From: a virus
Strand: one strand, 5' to 3'
Length of the DNA stretch: 45,455 nucleotides
IMG/VR virus record: IMGVR_UViG_3300028840_002886
The translations under genes and the position numbers were made by a program. Shown in pieces: positions 24,919 through 33,298 of the stretch; position 1 is the first letter of the stretch; each line of letters starts with the position of its first letter. The notes beneath the pieces are model-generated. The model had not been told where the DNA came from. It searched no databases and worked only from the letters and a program-made list of their open reading frames with translations.

Positions 24919-26064
24919 ATGGCTAATACACTTGGTGTTTATAACCCGATTTTTTACGCTCAGGAAGCATTAATCCAGCTTGAAAAAGCTCTGGGTTTAG
25001 CTGGGCGTATTCATCGAGGTTACGATGAAGAAAGAAGAACATTCAACAAAGGACAAACTATAAGCATTCGCAGGCCGTCAACTTTCACAGCTGATAATGC
25101 ACCATCGAGTGCTCAAAACGTCACAACGAGTTATGTTGACATTACACTTGACCAGTGGAAAGAGGTCAAATTTGCTTTGACCGATAAGGAATTGGCATAC
25201 ACTGGAGAGCGGATAATCCAAGACCATATTCGCCCAGCGGCCTATGCACTGGCTGATAACATCGACCAGGCACTGGCAAGTTTGTATAAATATGTGCCTT
25301 GGTATTACGATTTGTCAGGCACTCCGGTTGTTGCTGATGTTACAGGTCCTCGTCAGGTATTGTTCGACATCAATGCTCCTGTCCACGATGAAGTAAATAT
25401 GCACTTTATGATGAATGGCGGTCTATCTCATTCTCTTATGGGCTTGGCTGCCTTCAGTCAGTATCAGGGAGCTGGTGACGCAGGTGTCCAGACTCAACAG
25501 AGAGGCACGCTTGGCAGAAAGTACGGAATGGAATGCTTTGCTAATCAGAATACTCCGTCTCATACAGCCGGTGCAATGGCTGATGCGGCTGGAGCTATTC
25601 TTGCTGGTGGTTTTAGTGCAGGTGCTACTGCAATTAGCATCGATGATTTGACCGACACACAGACAGTTAAAGCTGGTGATAGTTTTGTGATTGCCGGAAA
25701 TACTCAGCGATATGTGTTTACTGAGGATGGAACGGTAGCTTCCAATGCTCTTACCAACATTGGAATTTATCCGGCCTTGGTAGCAGATGCTGCTGCAGAT
25801 GCGGTTGTTACAATTCGTGTGGATTCACATGTAGCTAACCTTGCGTTCCATCGTAACTTTGCTGCTTTGGCAATGGCTCCGCTTTCAGAGTTGGGTAATG
25901 AACTTGGTGCAAAGATTGCGACCATCACAGACCCGATTACTGGTCTGTCTATAAGGTCACGTTTGTACTATGTCGGCAACTCTTCAGAGGTTCACGTAGC
26001 ACTTGATGTTCTCTATGGCTATAAGATTCTGGATGGCAACTTGGCCTGCAGAGCTTGTGGTTAA
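24919..26064 (+). CDS. Major capsid protein (P22-coat-like/HK97-fold family pattern)
   Basis: 381 aa. N-terminus ...NPIFYAQEALIQLEKAL...RGYDEE...KGQTISIRRP. Positioned after the scaffold gene and followed by a strong terminator. Confidence 0.8.
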   Translation: MANTLGVYNPIFYAQEALIQLEKALGLAGRIHRGYDEERRTFNKGQTISIRRPSTFTADNAPSSAQNVTTSYVDITLDQWKEVKFALTDKELAYTGERIIQDHIRPAAYALADNIDQALASLYKYVPWYYDLSGTPVVADVTGPRQVLFDINAPVHDEVNMHFMMNGGLSHSLMGLAAFSQYQGAGDAGVQTQQRGTLGRKYGMECFANQNTPSHTAGAMADAAGAILAGGFSAGATAISIDDLTDTQTVKAGDSFVIAGNTQRYVFTEDGTVASNALTNIGIYPALVADAAADAVVTIRVDSHVANLAFHRNFAALAMAPLSELGNELGAKIATITDPITGLSIRSRLYYVGNSSEVHVALDVLYGYKILDGNLACRACG

Positions 26065-26085
26065 TAGAGCTTTTTATTGATGGTG

Positions 26086-26120
26086 ATACCCGCCTGTCTT
26101 TGTGGCGGGCGGGTATTTTT
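26086..26120 (+). terminator. Rho-independent terminator after the capsid gene
   Basis: ATACCCGCC (26086-26094) pairs with GGCGGGTAT (26108-26116), then TTTT. Confidence 0.8.
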
Positions 26121-26156
26121 GAAACTGGAAATTGAATTTTAATAGGAGTAATCAAA

Positions 26157-26444
26157 ATGGCAAGTTTACCAACAATTGAAATGGTTGGCCCTGCCGGACG
26201 CAGGATAGTCAACGAGTCCGACCGTAAGATGTGGGAGCAAAAAGGCTATAAGGTGGTTGGTAGTGAGCCTGCAAAAACCGGCGACGAAGGAAGCGGGCTT
26301 GGTGATATGACTATCGCTAAACTAAAAGCCTATGCTGAGGAAAAGAACATCGACCTTGGCGATGCAACCAAGAAGGCTGATATTGTTGCAGCTATTGAAG
26401 CTGCAGAGTCCGAAACTGAAACCGGCGACGAAGGAAGCGAATAA
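26157..26444 (+). CDS. Small acidic protein with an HeH/SAP-like motif
   Basis: MTIAKLKAYAEEKNIDLGDATKKADIVAAIE, flanked by two TGDEGS repeats. Confidence 0.55.
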   Translation: MASLPTIEMVGPAGRRIVNESDRKMWEQKGYKVVGSEPAKTGDEGSGLGDMTIAKLKAYAEEKNIDLGDATKKADIVAAIEAAESETETGDEGSE

Positions 26445-26456
26445 GCGAGGTAAATT

Positions 26457-26972
26457 ATGGCTTTAGTAGTCGAAACAGGTTCGGGATTAACTAATGCTGA
26501 TAGCTATATTTCACTTACTGATGCAAATTCGTATGTGTCTGACCACGGCGATCCCTCATCGTGGTCAGATGCTACGGATGATGAAAAAGAGGAAGCTCTC
26601 AGGCTTGGCACACAATATATTGACTTGAAATATGGCAATAGATTCGTTGGTGTCAGAGGTAGCAGAGACCAAGCCTTAGATTGGCCTCGCTCGGCCGTGG
26701 TTGATGTTAACGGCTATATCTATGACTCTGATGAGATTCCTACCTGCTTAAAATATGCCGTTGTTGAAGCTGCTCTGAGGCATTTGGCTGGCGATGATTT
26801 GCTTGGCGTATTGAATAATCCCGGAACAATCAAAAGTGAAAGAAAAAAGATAGGTGTCATGGAAAAAGAGGTTGAATATGTTGGCGGTAAAGCTCCGGCT
26901 AAAGCGTATCCGAAAATCAGAGCTTTGTTAAGGCCAATACTTGACTCTGTGGACACTATTTCAAGAGGTTAA
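26457..26972 (+). CDS. Head-tail connector/adaptor (gp6-like)
   Basis: Position, plus the N-terminus ...TNADSYISLTDANSYV...W.....EKEEALRLGTQYID typical of gp6-like adaptors. Confidence 0.55.
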   Translation: MALVVETGSGLTNADSYISLTDANSYVSDHGDPSSWSDATDDEKEEALRLGTQYIDLKYGNRFVGVRGSRDQALDWPRSAVVDVNGYIYDSDEIPTCLKYAVVEAALRHLAGDDLLGVLNNPGTIKSERKKIGVMEKEVEYVGGKAPAKAYPKIRALLRPILDSVDTISRG

Positions 26973-26974
26973 TT

Positions 26975-27484
26975 ATGAAAGTTTATTATCTGATAGCGAT
27001 TATCGCTGCGGTACTGGGCGTGGTGATTGCATCTTCAGCGAAAACGCCTGTTGAGCCTAACGATGTGAACGATATTGAAGTTCGCAAAACAGAAATTGAG
27101 GGTATGGTTAAGGAACTCCCTGTTAAAGAGGATGTACTCAAAAGCAAAATATACACAGGGACAATCGAGGAAGTTTTAGAGCAGCGTGTAGTGGATGTAA
27201 ACACAGTCTATCAATACGCAAAGGAACTTAACGAAAAAGCAGTCAAAGTCTGCGAGGATATGGGACTGAAAGTTACTAAGCAGGAGGCTGTCAAAAAAAT
27301 CCTCGACCAGAAAAAGGAAAAGCTCGAAGAAAAGAAACGCAACAGTGAGATTATCAAGGCAGTACACATCATCATCAATGACCCGAATGTATTGCCTGAG
27401 CCGAATGACCCCAACTATGCCTATGAAGTGGAATTGAATCAGGGATTTATCCTTGCCGTGATGGAGCTGTGCGAGCCGAGATGA
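26975..27484 (+). CDS. Signal-anchored/secreted charged protein, unknown function
   Basis: N-terminus MKVYYLIAIIAAVLGVVIASSA; the remainder is Lys/Glu-rich. Confidence 0.55.
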   Translation: MKVYYLIAIIAAVLGVVIASSAKTPVEPNDVNDIEVRKTEIEGMVKELPVKEDVLKSKIYTGTIEEVLEQRVVDVNTVYQYAKELNEKAVKVCEDMGLKVTKQEAVKKILDQKKEKLEEKKRNSEIIKAVHIIINDPNVLPEPNDPNYAYEVELNQGFILAVMELCEPR

Positions 27485-29097
27485 AGCGATTAGTCGTTAT
27501 AATACTATTTTTGCTTACTTGCCCTGTGTTTGCGTTAGAGGCAAATCTTAACGGGGATTGTATAGTCAATTTTTTTGATTTTGCTATATTTGCTGCGGAC
27601 TGGCAAACTTCAGAACCCAATATATCAGACCCGAACACTGATTTTGACAACAGTGGAGTTGTTGATATAAATGACCTTGCCATTTTAGCAGACCAGTGGC
27701 TTGCTTACGAAACTCTCGACCGTTCACCTGTAGTAGAGGACGAATCCTTTACCGTTGTTCAAGGTTTAAGTCATACGTTTGGCATTACAGCGACAGATAG
27801 TCAATCTTTGACTTATAGTGTGGAATCATTACCAAGTCATGGTACGGTTCACGATTCCAACGATACACAGGTTTCATCTGTACCTTATATTTTACCGGAT
27901 AATCAGGTCAAATACACGGCAGATTCGAATTATGTTGGTTCGGATAGTTTTACTTATGGTGCCGATGATGGCACAGGCATGAATCCACCTTGTGGCGGTA
28001 AATCTATCGGGACGGCCAGCATAACAGTAACCGCCATTCCCGCTCCACCTATTGCGAGCGATGTCAATGTTTCGATTTATACTCACCAGACCACTACTAT
28101 AACAATGGTCGCTACTGATGATGGTTCGCCGAGTGTACCCGGAAAGTTGATGTATATAATCACTTCGTATCCGAATGACGCAATACTCCAAGATCCAAAA
28201 AGCGGAGCCAGTGTCATAGATACAAACGATTTGCCTTATACCCTAAGCTCATTCGGTAGTGATATTTGGTTTACAGCCGACACAAATGGCATTCGAACAT
28301 TTCAGTTTAAGGCTAATGACGGTGGAACGGATGCAAATAGCGGTGATTCCAATATCGCAACTGTAACTGTTACCGTTATAGACCATCCGCAGGATTCTTT
28401 ATCTTTTGACGGCAAGGGCTACGTTACTTTTGCGGATAACAGCTATTACGATATTACAAACGGCTGGGCGATTGACTTCTGGGTCAAGACAAGAGAATCG
28501 TTTATCGGATTGATTGATAAAAAAGATTCCGGTGTTGGTTATGAAATTGGGCTCTCATCTGGTAAGCCGAAAATGTATCTGTTTGATTCAGGTGGTTCTT
28601 TTACTGCAGAGGTTAGGAGCAATACCCGTATCAACGATGGCCAGTGGCATGAAGTTGCTTTTATATTTAATACAATCACAGGCGGCATATGGGTTACTAT
28701 TCAGATTGATACAGAATCAGAATACTTTGAGGTGTCAGGTACGTTTCCTGCCTTTGGTAACTCCGACAATTTAATCGCAGGGGAAAACTCTAAAAAGCCT
28801 TATCGAGGTGACATTGACAAAATACGCTTTTTCAGTGGCATACCAGTTATAGCTGGATTCGGGGACATCATTCAGGGGTTTAGTGAGCGAACGGAAGCCG
28901 GTAACGAAGTTATTCTTGGTATGGGTAAAGCGTCAAACGTCTTATTCATGTTTGATGAGGGGTCTGGAACAACTGTAACTGACAGCAAACTTGGACTTAC
29001 TGGTTCGCTAAATGACCCTAATCTTGTTCGCTGGATACCATTCAATCGTGGATTTGCAGATGTATCTGTTCAGCGACATTACAGAGGTAACCAATGA
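27481..29097 (+). CDS. Secreted dockerin-like / 2x Ig(cadherin)-like / LamG-domain protein
   Basis: ATG 27481 overlaps the upstream stop. Signal peptide MKRLVVIILFLLTCPVFALEA. Two D-x-D/N-x-G..V..D repeats. LamG pattern SLSFDGKGYVTF...FWVK...DGQWHEVAFIF...YRGDIDKIRFF. Confidence 0.75.
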   Translation: MKRLVVIILFLLTCPVFALEANLNGDCIVNFFDFAIFAADWQTSEPNISDPNTDFDNSGVVDINDLAILADQWLAYETLDRSPVVEDESFTVVQGLSHTFGITATDSQSLTYSVESLPSHGTVHDSNDTQVSSVPYILPDNQVKYTADSNYVGSDSFTYGADDGTGMNPPCGGKSIGTASITVTAIPAPPIASDVNVSIYTHQTTTITMVATDDGSPSVPGKLMYIITSYPNDAILQDPKSGASVIDTNDLPYTLSSFGSDIWFTADTNGIRTFQFKANDGGTDANSGDSNIATVTVTVIDHPQDSLSFDGKGYVTFADNSYYDITNGWAIDFWVKTRESFIGLIDKKDSGVGYEIGLSSGKPKMYLFDSGGSFTAEVRSNTRINDGQWHEVAFIFNTITGGIWVTIQIDTESEYFEVSGTFPAFGNSDNLIAGENSKKPYRGDIDKIRFFSGIPVIAGFGDIIQGFSERTEAGNEVILGMGKASNVLFMFDEGSGTTVTDSKLGLTGSLNDPNLVRWIPFNRGFADVSVQRHYRGNQ

Positions 29098-29579
29098 GGT
29101 ATTTAAGGCAAAATACAGCGGTTACGATTGTAGTCGGGTTATTCGTTGATTATTCCGATGGCAAAACGCTATTGCGGGATAATGACGAATTTGACCCGAC
29201 AGATATTGTTTGTGAGCTTATCAAGGGTAATAGCAGCAGTGAATTAACGCTTTCAAAAACAGGTGGTGATAATGACATTAACCTTACTGGCAAGGGGCTT
29301 GCGACTTTAGAACTTACAGCAGCAAATGTGGACACTCTCGGACAGTTGCGATTGTCTTTTACAGATGCGATTGTTGATAATTTCCCAACCGAAACAATTC
29401 TTGCATTCGTTGAAGATTTCATGGTTATGCCAGCCAATGTTTACGATTCGATGTTCGGCAGTGATAAGCTGCAGGCAGATATAGTTCAAGTGAATGGAGC
29501 AGCGAAGTCAATCGATGATTTCAAGGCCGATGTCAGTAATATTCCAACTAAACCAAGCAGAGTAAGCGTTGAGGTATAA
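29094..29579 (+). CDS. Hypothetical virion-module protein
   Basis: 161-aa ORF with an ATGA overlap upstream. Confidence 0.5.
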   Translation: MRYLRQNTAVTIVVGLFVDYSDGKTLLRDNDEFDPTDIVCELIKGNSSSELTLSKTGGDNDINLTGKGLATLELTAANVDTLGQLRLSFTDAIVDNFPTETILAFVEDFMVMPANVYDSMFGSDKLQADIVQVNGAAKSIDDFKADVSNIPTKPSRVSVEV

Positions 29580-30326
29580 ATGTATATTGGTGAACACAAA
29601 TTAGGATGTACCATAACTTTTAACTTTCAGGCTCTTGACGGTGAAGGCCAGGCTATAGATCCGACTGGAACTCCCACATTCATTGTTTATGAGGGCAATG
29701 AGCCTATGAGTCCAGAAGTTTCAGGGACGCTTTCGAAGATTGACGGCCAGACAGGTTTTTATGGCAGTGAAATCGAAGCGAGCGTTGATAATGGATTCCA
29801 ATCGGGCAAAACCTACACTATAAGGGCAAGTGCTACGATTGACGGAGTGCCTACATTATACGTTTACAGCTTTAATGTCATAGCTTCAGTACCATCTGTA
29901 CAGGTTCAGAATCTTGTAGCTGGCGGTTCCGTATCTGGTGTGGTTTCAGGCTATATGACTGAACTTGACCAAGACTTCGTACCTCTTGCTACGGAGCTGA
30001 TTGACGAAATGGGTAAGACGGTTGTTTTCAAAACTTACCCGGATGCTGCTTATGATGAGGTGGAGGGTGAAACAGACCTCGGAGATGTAGTCAGCTATAC
30101 AAAGAAGATTATACCTCCGTTTAACTATGACCAGAAATATATCGATGGTGAAGTAATTAAAGTTGGTGACATGCAGACAGGTATTGCCGGTCAGGGTTTG
30201 GAATTCACCCCAGAGCCGGGACTTGTGGAAGTAATCATAGATGAGCAGACGTGGAATATTGTCAATATGATGCCGCTTTACAGTGGCGAACAAATAGCTT
30301 TGTTTTTATTGCAGTTGAGAAAATAA
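29580..30326 (+). CDS. Hypothetical virion-module protein
   Basis: 248-aa ORF that starts 1 nt after the upstream stop. Confidence 0.5.
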   Translation: MYIGEHKLGCTITFNFQALDGEGQAIDPTGTPTFIVYEGNEPMSPEVSGTLSKIDGQTGFYGSEIEASVDNGFQSGKTYTIRASATIDGVPTLYVYSFNVIASVPSVQVQNLVAGGSVSGVVSGYMTELDQDFVPLATELIDEMGKTVVFKTYPDAAYDEVEGETDLGDVVSYTKKIIPPFNYDQKYIDGEVIKVGDMQTGIAGQGLEFTPEPGLVEVIIDEQTWNIVNMMPLYSGEQIALFLLQLRK

Positions 30327-30491
30327 ATGCCTATTTGGTTAGGAAAAGATGATAAAGGTTGTTTTGTGCAATGGGGCAAGCATGGAAAGAAGTACTATTA
30401 CAAATGCGATGACGAGAACGAAAAACGAAAAGCAATTGAGAAAGCTGGCAAGCAGGCTCAAGCTGCTTATGCTCAGGGACACAGAGAATGA
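30327..30491 (+). CDS. 54-aa basic protein
   Basis: MPIWLGKDDKGCFVQWGKHGKKYYYKC... ATG directly after the upstream TAA, and ATGA overlap with the next gene. Confidence 0.45.
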   Translation: MPIWLGKDDKGCFVQWGKHGKKYYYKCDDENEKRKAIEKAGKQAQAAYAQGHRE

Positions 30492-30877
30492 ATGACGATT
30501 TGGACAATTTCAATAGAGAGATAGACGACTTTGGAAAGTCTATACCCAATAAAGTTGTGGAACTTCAAAAGAAGATTGTCTTGGAAGCCTTGAGACGGAT
30601 TGCCCTCAAGACTCCGGTTGATACAGGCCGAGCGAGAGGTAACTGGCAAACGACTATTGCAAAGGCAGCCACTAATCAGCTGGATGTTGTAGATAAGCAA
30701 GGCGATGAGACGATTGCCAAAGGTCTTACAGCCATTAAAGAGTTACCGCCTTACCAAGTTGTATATATTGCAAACAATGTTGAATACATAGAATTTCTTG
30801 AAGAGGGTTCAAGTAAGCAGGCAGCGGATGGAATGGTCAAAACGACAGTTGAAGAATTAAGGCAGATATTCAAATGA
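30488..30877 (+). CDS. HK97 gp10-family neck/tail-completion protein
   Basis: TPVDTGRARGNWQ ... IANNVEYIEFLEEG. Confidence 0.75.
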   Translation: MNDDLDNFNREIDDFGKSIPNKVVELQKKIVLEALRRIALKTPVDTGRARGNWQTTIAKAATNQLDVVDKQGDETIAKGLTAIKELPPYQVVYIANNVEYIEFLEEGSSKQAADGMVKTTVEELRQIFK

Positions 30878-31278
30878 GTACTCAAACTATAGCAAGCACA
30901 ATTAGGTCAAGATTCAAAACGCTAATTGCGACGCCGCATAGTTTGCCGACTCAATATGACAACGAGAATGAGACAAAACAGACTGACTTGTGGTGTAGGT
31001 TATCTATTCTTTTTGGTGATAGCTTTCAGGCTTCGATAGGAGCTCCATCAAGTAATCGTTATAGAGATACCGGAGTTGTGGTTGCTCAGCTATTCTTGCC
31101 TCTTGGTAAGGGTGATAAGCAGCTTTATCAAACCGCAGGTTATATAAAAACAGCTTTTAAGAGTGTTTCAGTTAGCGGAGTTGTTTTCAGAACTCCCTCG
31201 GTTAAGCGTGTCGGCAGGAGTGAGAACTTCTGGCAGGTTAATGTCAGTTGTCCATTTTATGCTGATGAAATTGGTTAA
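30874..31278 (+). CDS. Tail terminator-like protein (DUF4128-like)
   Basis: 134 aa, positioned between the gp10-like and tail tube genes. Confidence 0.55.
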   Translation: MSTQTIASTIRSRFKTLIATPHSLPTQYDNENETKQTDLWCRLSILFGDSFQASIGAPSSNRYRDTGVVVAQLFLPLGKGDKQLYQTAGYIKTAFKSVSVSGVVFRTPSVKRVGRSENFWQVNVSCPFYADEIG

Positions 31279-31306
31279 AAAAATCTTTATTTGAAAGGAA
31301 TGTAAA

Positions 31307-32470
31307 ATGAGCGTAAGTGATAGTAGTCGGGTGCAATTGGCCTACGTTGCAGAAAGTGAATATGGTGTTCAGGAAACCGGCTCTAATCTCCAAATCCTTC
31401 GCCATACAGGCGAAACATTAAAACAGGATACGGGCATTCAGCAATCTGCTGAGATTCGTTCCGATAGGCAGGTTGCCGATATAGCTCGGACTGGAATTGG
31501 AGTATCAGGCCAAGTCAACGCTGAAATGACCTATGGAACTTATGACGATTTGCTTGCAGCAGCTTTAATGAGTGCTGGTTGGTCATCTGAGGTTGAGGAA
31601 ACAGAAATCACCTATTCTATGTCAGATGTAGATAACTCAATTAACGACTCAGCCAGTGGATTTGTTACCGCTGGTTATCAGGCCAGTCAATGGGTGAAAA
31701 TTTCCGGTTTTACTGAATCAGCAAACAATGGTTATTTCAAAATTGTTTCGGTTGCTGCAGGCAAGATGGTTCTTAGTGGTGGAACGGTTGTAACTGAGGC
31801 TGCTGGTGATAGCGTAACAGTTACAATGGGACCTCAAATTGTCAATGGAACAACCAAGACCTCATTCAATATTGAGCGGGAATATCAGGACCTGTCCAAT
31901 GAACTGTCTCTGTTTCTTGGTTGCATGATTAACGAACTGGGGCTCAATGTAGCTCTTGACAGTATGATTACCGGTAATTTCGGAATCATCGGGAAAAAAG
32001 AGCAATCTCTGACAGCAAGTGGAGGCTCTGGTTATGATGCAGCTTCAACAACCGAGGTTATGAACTGCGTTGATGATATTCTGGCATTGTTTGAAAATCA
32101 GGTTGCAGTAGATTCCACTACCTTCTCGTTGAGTCTTAATAATAACCTTCGAGCAAGGAATAAACTTGGCGAATTAGGTGCATTTGATGTTGGTACAGGC
32201 ATTGTGAATGTTACAGGTTCACTTCAGGCTTATTTCCAAAGTAAAACGCTTTTCGACAAATACCTGAATTTCACAGCGACAAGTCTTGCTATCAAACTCG
32301 AAGATGGTGCCGGAAATGCTTATATCATCGATTTGCCGAATGTGAATTTTACAGACGGCCAGAGGCAAGCAGGTGGACAGAATCAGGACATCATAGCTGA
32401 CTTACAATGGCAAGCGTTTCTCGATGCAACGGAAGGTATAACAATCAGAATTGCCAAGTTTGCTGCATAA
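31307..32470 (+). CDS. Major tail (tube) protein
   Basis: 387 aa, immediately upstream of the G/GT chaperone pair. Confidence 0.7.
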   Translation: MSVSDSSRVQLAYVAESEYGVQETGSNLQILRHTGETLKQDTGIQQSAEIRSDRQVADIARTGIGVSGQVNAEMTYGTYDDLLAAALMSAGWSSEVEETEITYSMSDVDNSINDSASGFVTAGYQASQWVKISGFTESANNGYFKIVSVAAGKMVLSGGTVVTEAAGDSVTVTMGPQIVNGTTKTSFNIEREYQDLSNELSLFLGCMINELGLNVALDSMITGNFGIIGKKEQSLTASGGSGYDAASTTEVMNCVDDILALFENQVAVDSTTFSLSLNNNLRARNKLGELGAFDVGTGIVNVTGSLQAYFQSKTLFDKYLNFTATSLAIKLEDGAGNAYIIDLPNVNFTDGQRQAGGQNQDIIADLQWQAFLDATEGITIRIAKFAA

Positions 32471-32480
32471 GCAGCTTTTT
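32462..32480 (+). terminator. Possible short terminator/attenuator
   Basis: GCTGC-ATAA-GCAGC followed by TTTTT. Overlaps the tail tube stop codon. Confidence 0.4.
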
Positions 32481-32528
32481 ACTGACTTTACGAAAATGGT
32501 CTGAATTGAATTATAGGAGATTTGTTAA

Positions 32529-32936
32529 ATGGCAAAAATAACAGAGATTATGTCTGACATGGAAAAGGTAGAAAAAGGCGTATGGGTTGACTATGCCGCT
32601 GGTATTAAGCTGTGCATTGCGAGTATCAACAATACCCAATACAAAAAAGCTCGTAGCAGGCTTTTGAAACCTTATCTCAGGCAAGTAAGGGCTAAAGCTA
32701 TGAATGCTGAAGAGATACTTGATATTCTCAAACCTGCAGCAGCAAAATACTTGCTTATTGACTGGAAAAATATCGAAGATGAGGAAGGCAATCTTGTCGA
32801 ATACAGCTACGAAAAAGCCCTCGAATTCTTCAAAGAACCTGCACTGTCGGACCTTTACAATTTTGTTCTCGAAACAGCTGGCGAAAATGAAGTGTACCGT
32901 CAAGAGCTTGTTGAGGACGCTGAGGGAAACTCGTAG
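32529..32936 (+). CDS. Tail assembly chaperone (gpG-like)
   Basis: 135 aa, acidic C-terminus, upstream of the tape measure gene. Confidence 0.8.
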   Translation: MAKITEIMSDMEKVEKGVWVDYAAGIKLCIASINNTQYKKARSRLLKPYLRQVRAKAMNAEEILDILKPAAAKYLLIDWKNIEDEEGNLVEYSYEKALEFFKEPALSDLYNFVLETAGENEVYRQELVEDAEGNS

Positions 32937-33298
32937 AAGTTCTGAAATGGCAGCTTGAGTGGGGACCTCATATTGAGTTTCTTGAAAAATTGGCCTCAAA
33001 AGGAAAAAGCGTTCCTGCTCTTGAAAGCCAGCCGGAAGTACATCCGGATTTAGTCGAAACATGGCAGGCATTTCAGGACTTGAGTAATAGTCGAACGGTT
33101 GGTTTTTGTGTTAATCCGATACAAGTCAGCGAAATTGAGGCTTGGCTAAGAATTTATGGAATTACAGAGGTTGAAAATAGAGTTGAATGTTATCGGTTGA
33201 TTAAGTCGTTAGATAGTATCTGGTTGACTTGGTCGAAGCAAAAACAAAAAGAACAACAAGAAGCTGAAGCTAAAAAGAAAAAGAAGGGCAAAAAATAA
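32529..33298 (+). CDS. Tail assembly chaperone frameshift product (gpGT-like), join 32529..32930 and 32930..33298
   Basis: The -1 frame continues GKLVEVLKWQLEWGPHIEFLEKLASKGKS... to the stop at 33296-33298, which overlaps the tape measure ATG. Confidence 0.75.
32924..32930 (+). promoter_or_regulatory. -1 programmed frameshift slippery heptamer G GGA AAC
   Basis: X XXY YYZ in the zero frame, 4 nt before the gpG stop. The -1 frame is open from 32924 to 33298. Confidence 0.8.

Noticed and set aside
26275-26439. The 144-nt spacing of the intragenic 21-nt repeats equals the 144-nt length of the terminal repeat
   Set aside because: There is no sequence similarity between the two, so this is treated as a numerical coincidence.
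32511-33071. 186-aa minus-strand ORF
   Set aside because: It is antisense to the tail chaperone G/GT genes, which have strong positional and frameshift support. It lies inside a uniformly + strand late operon.
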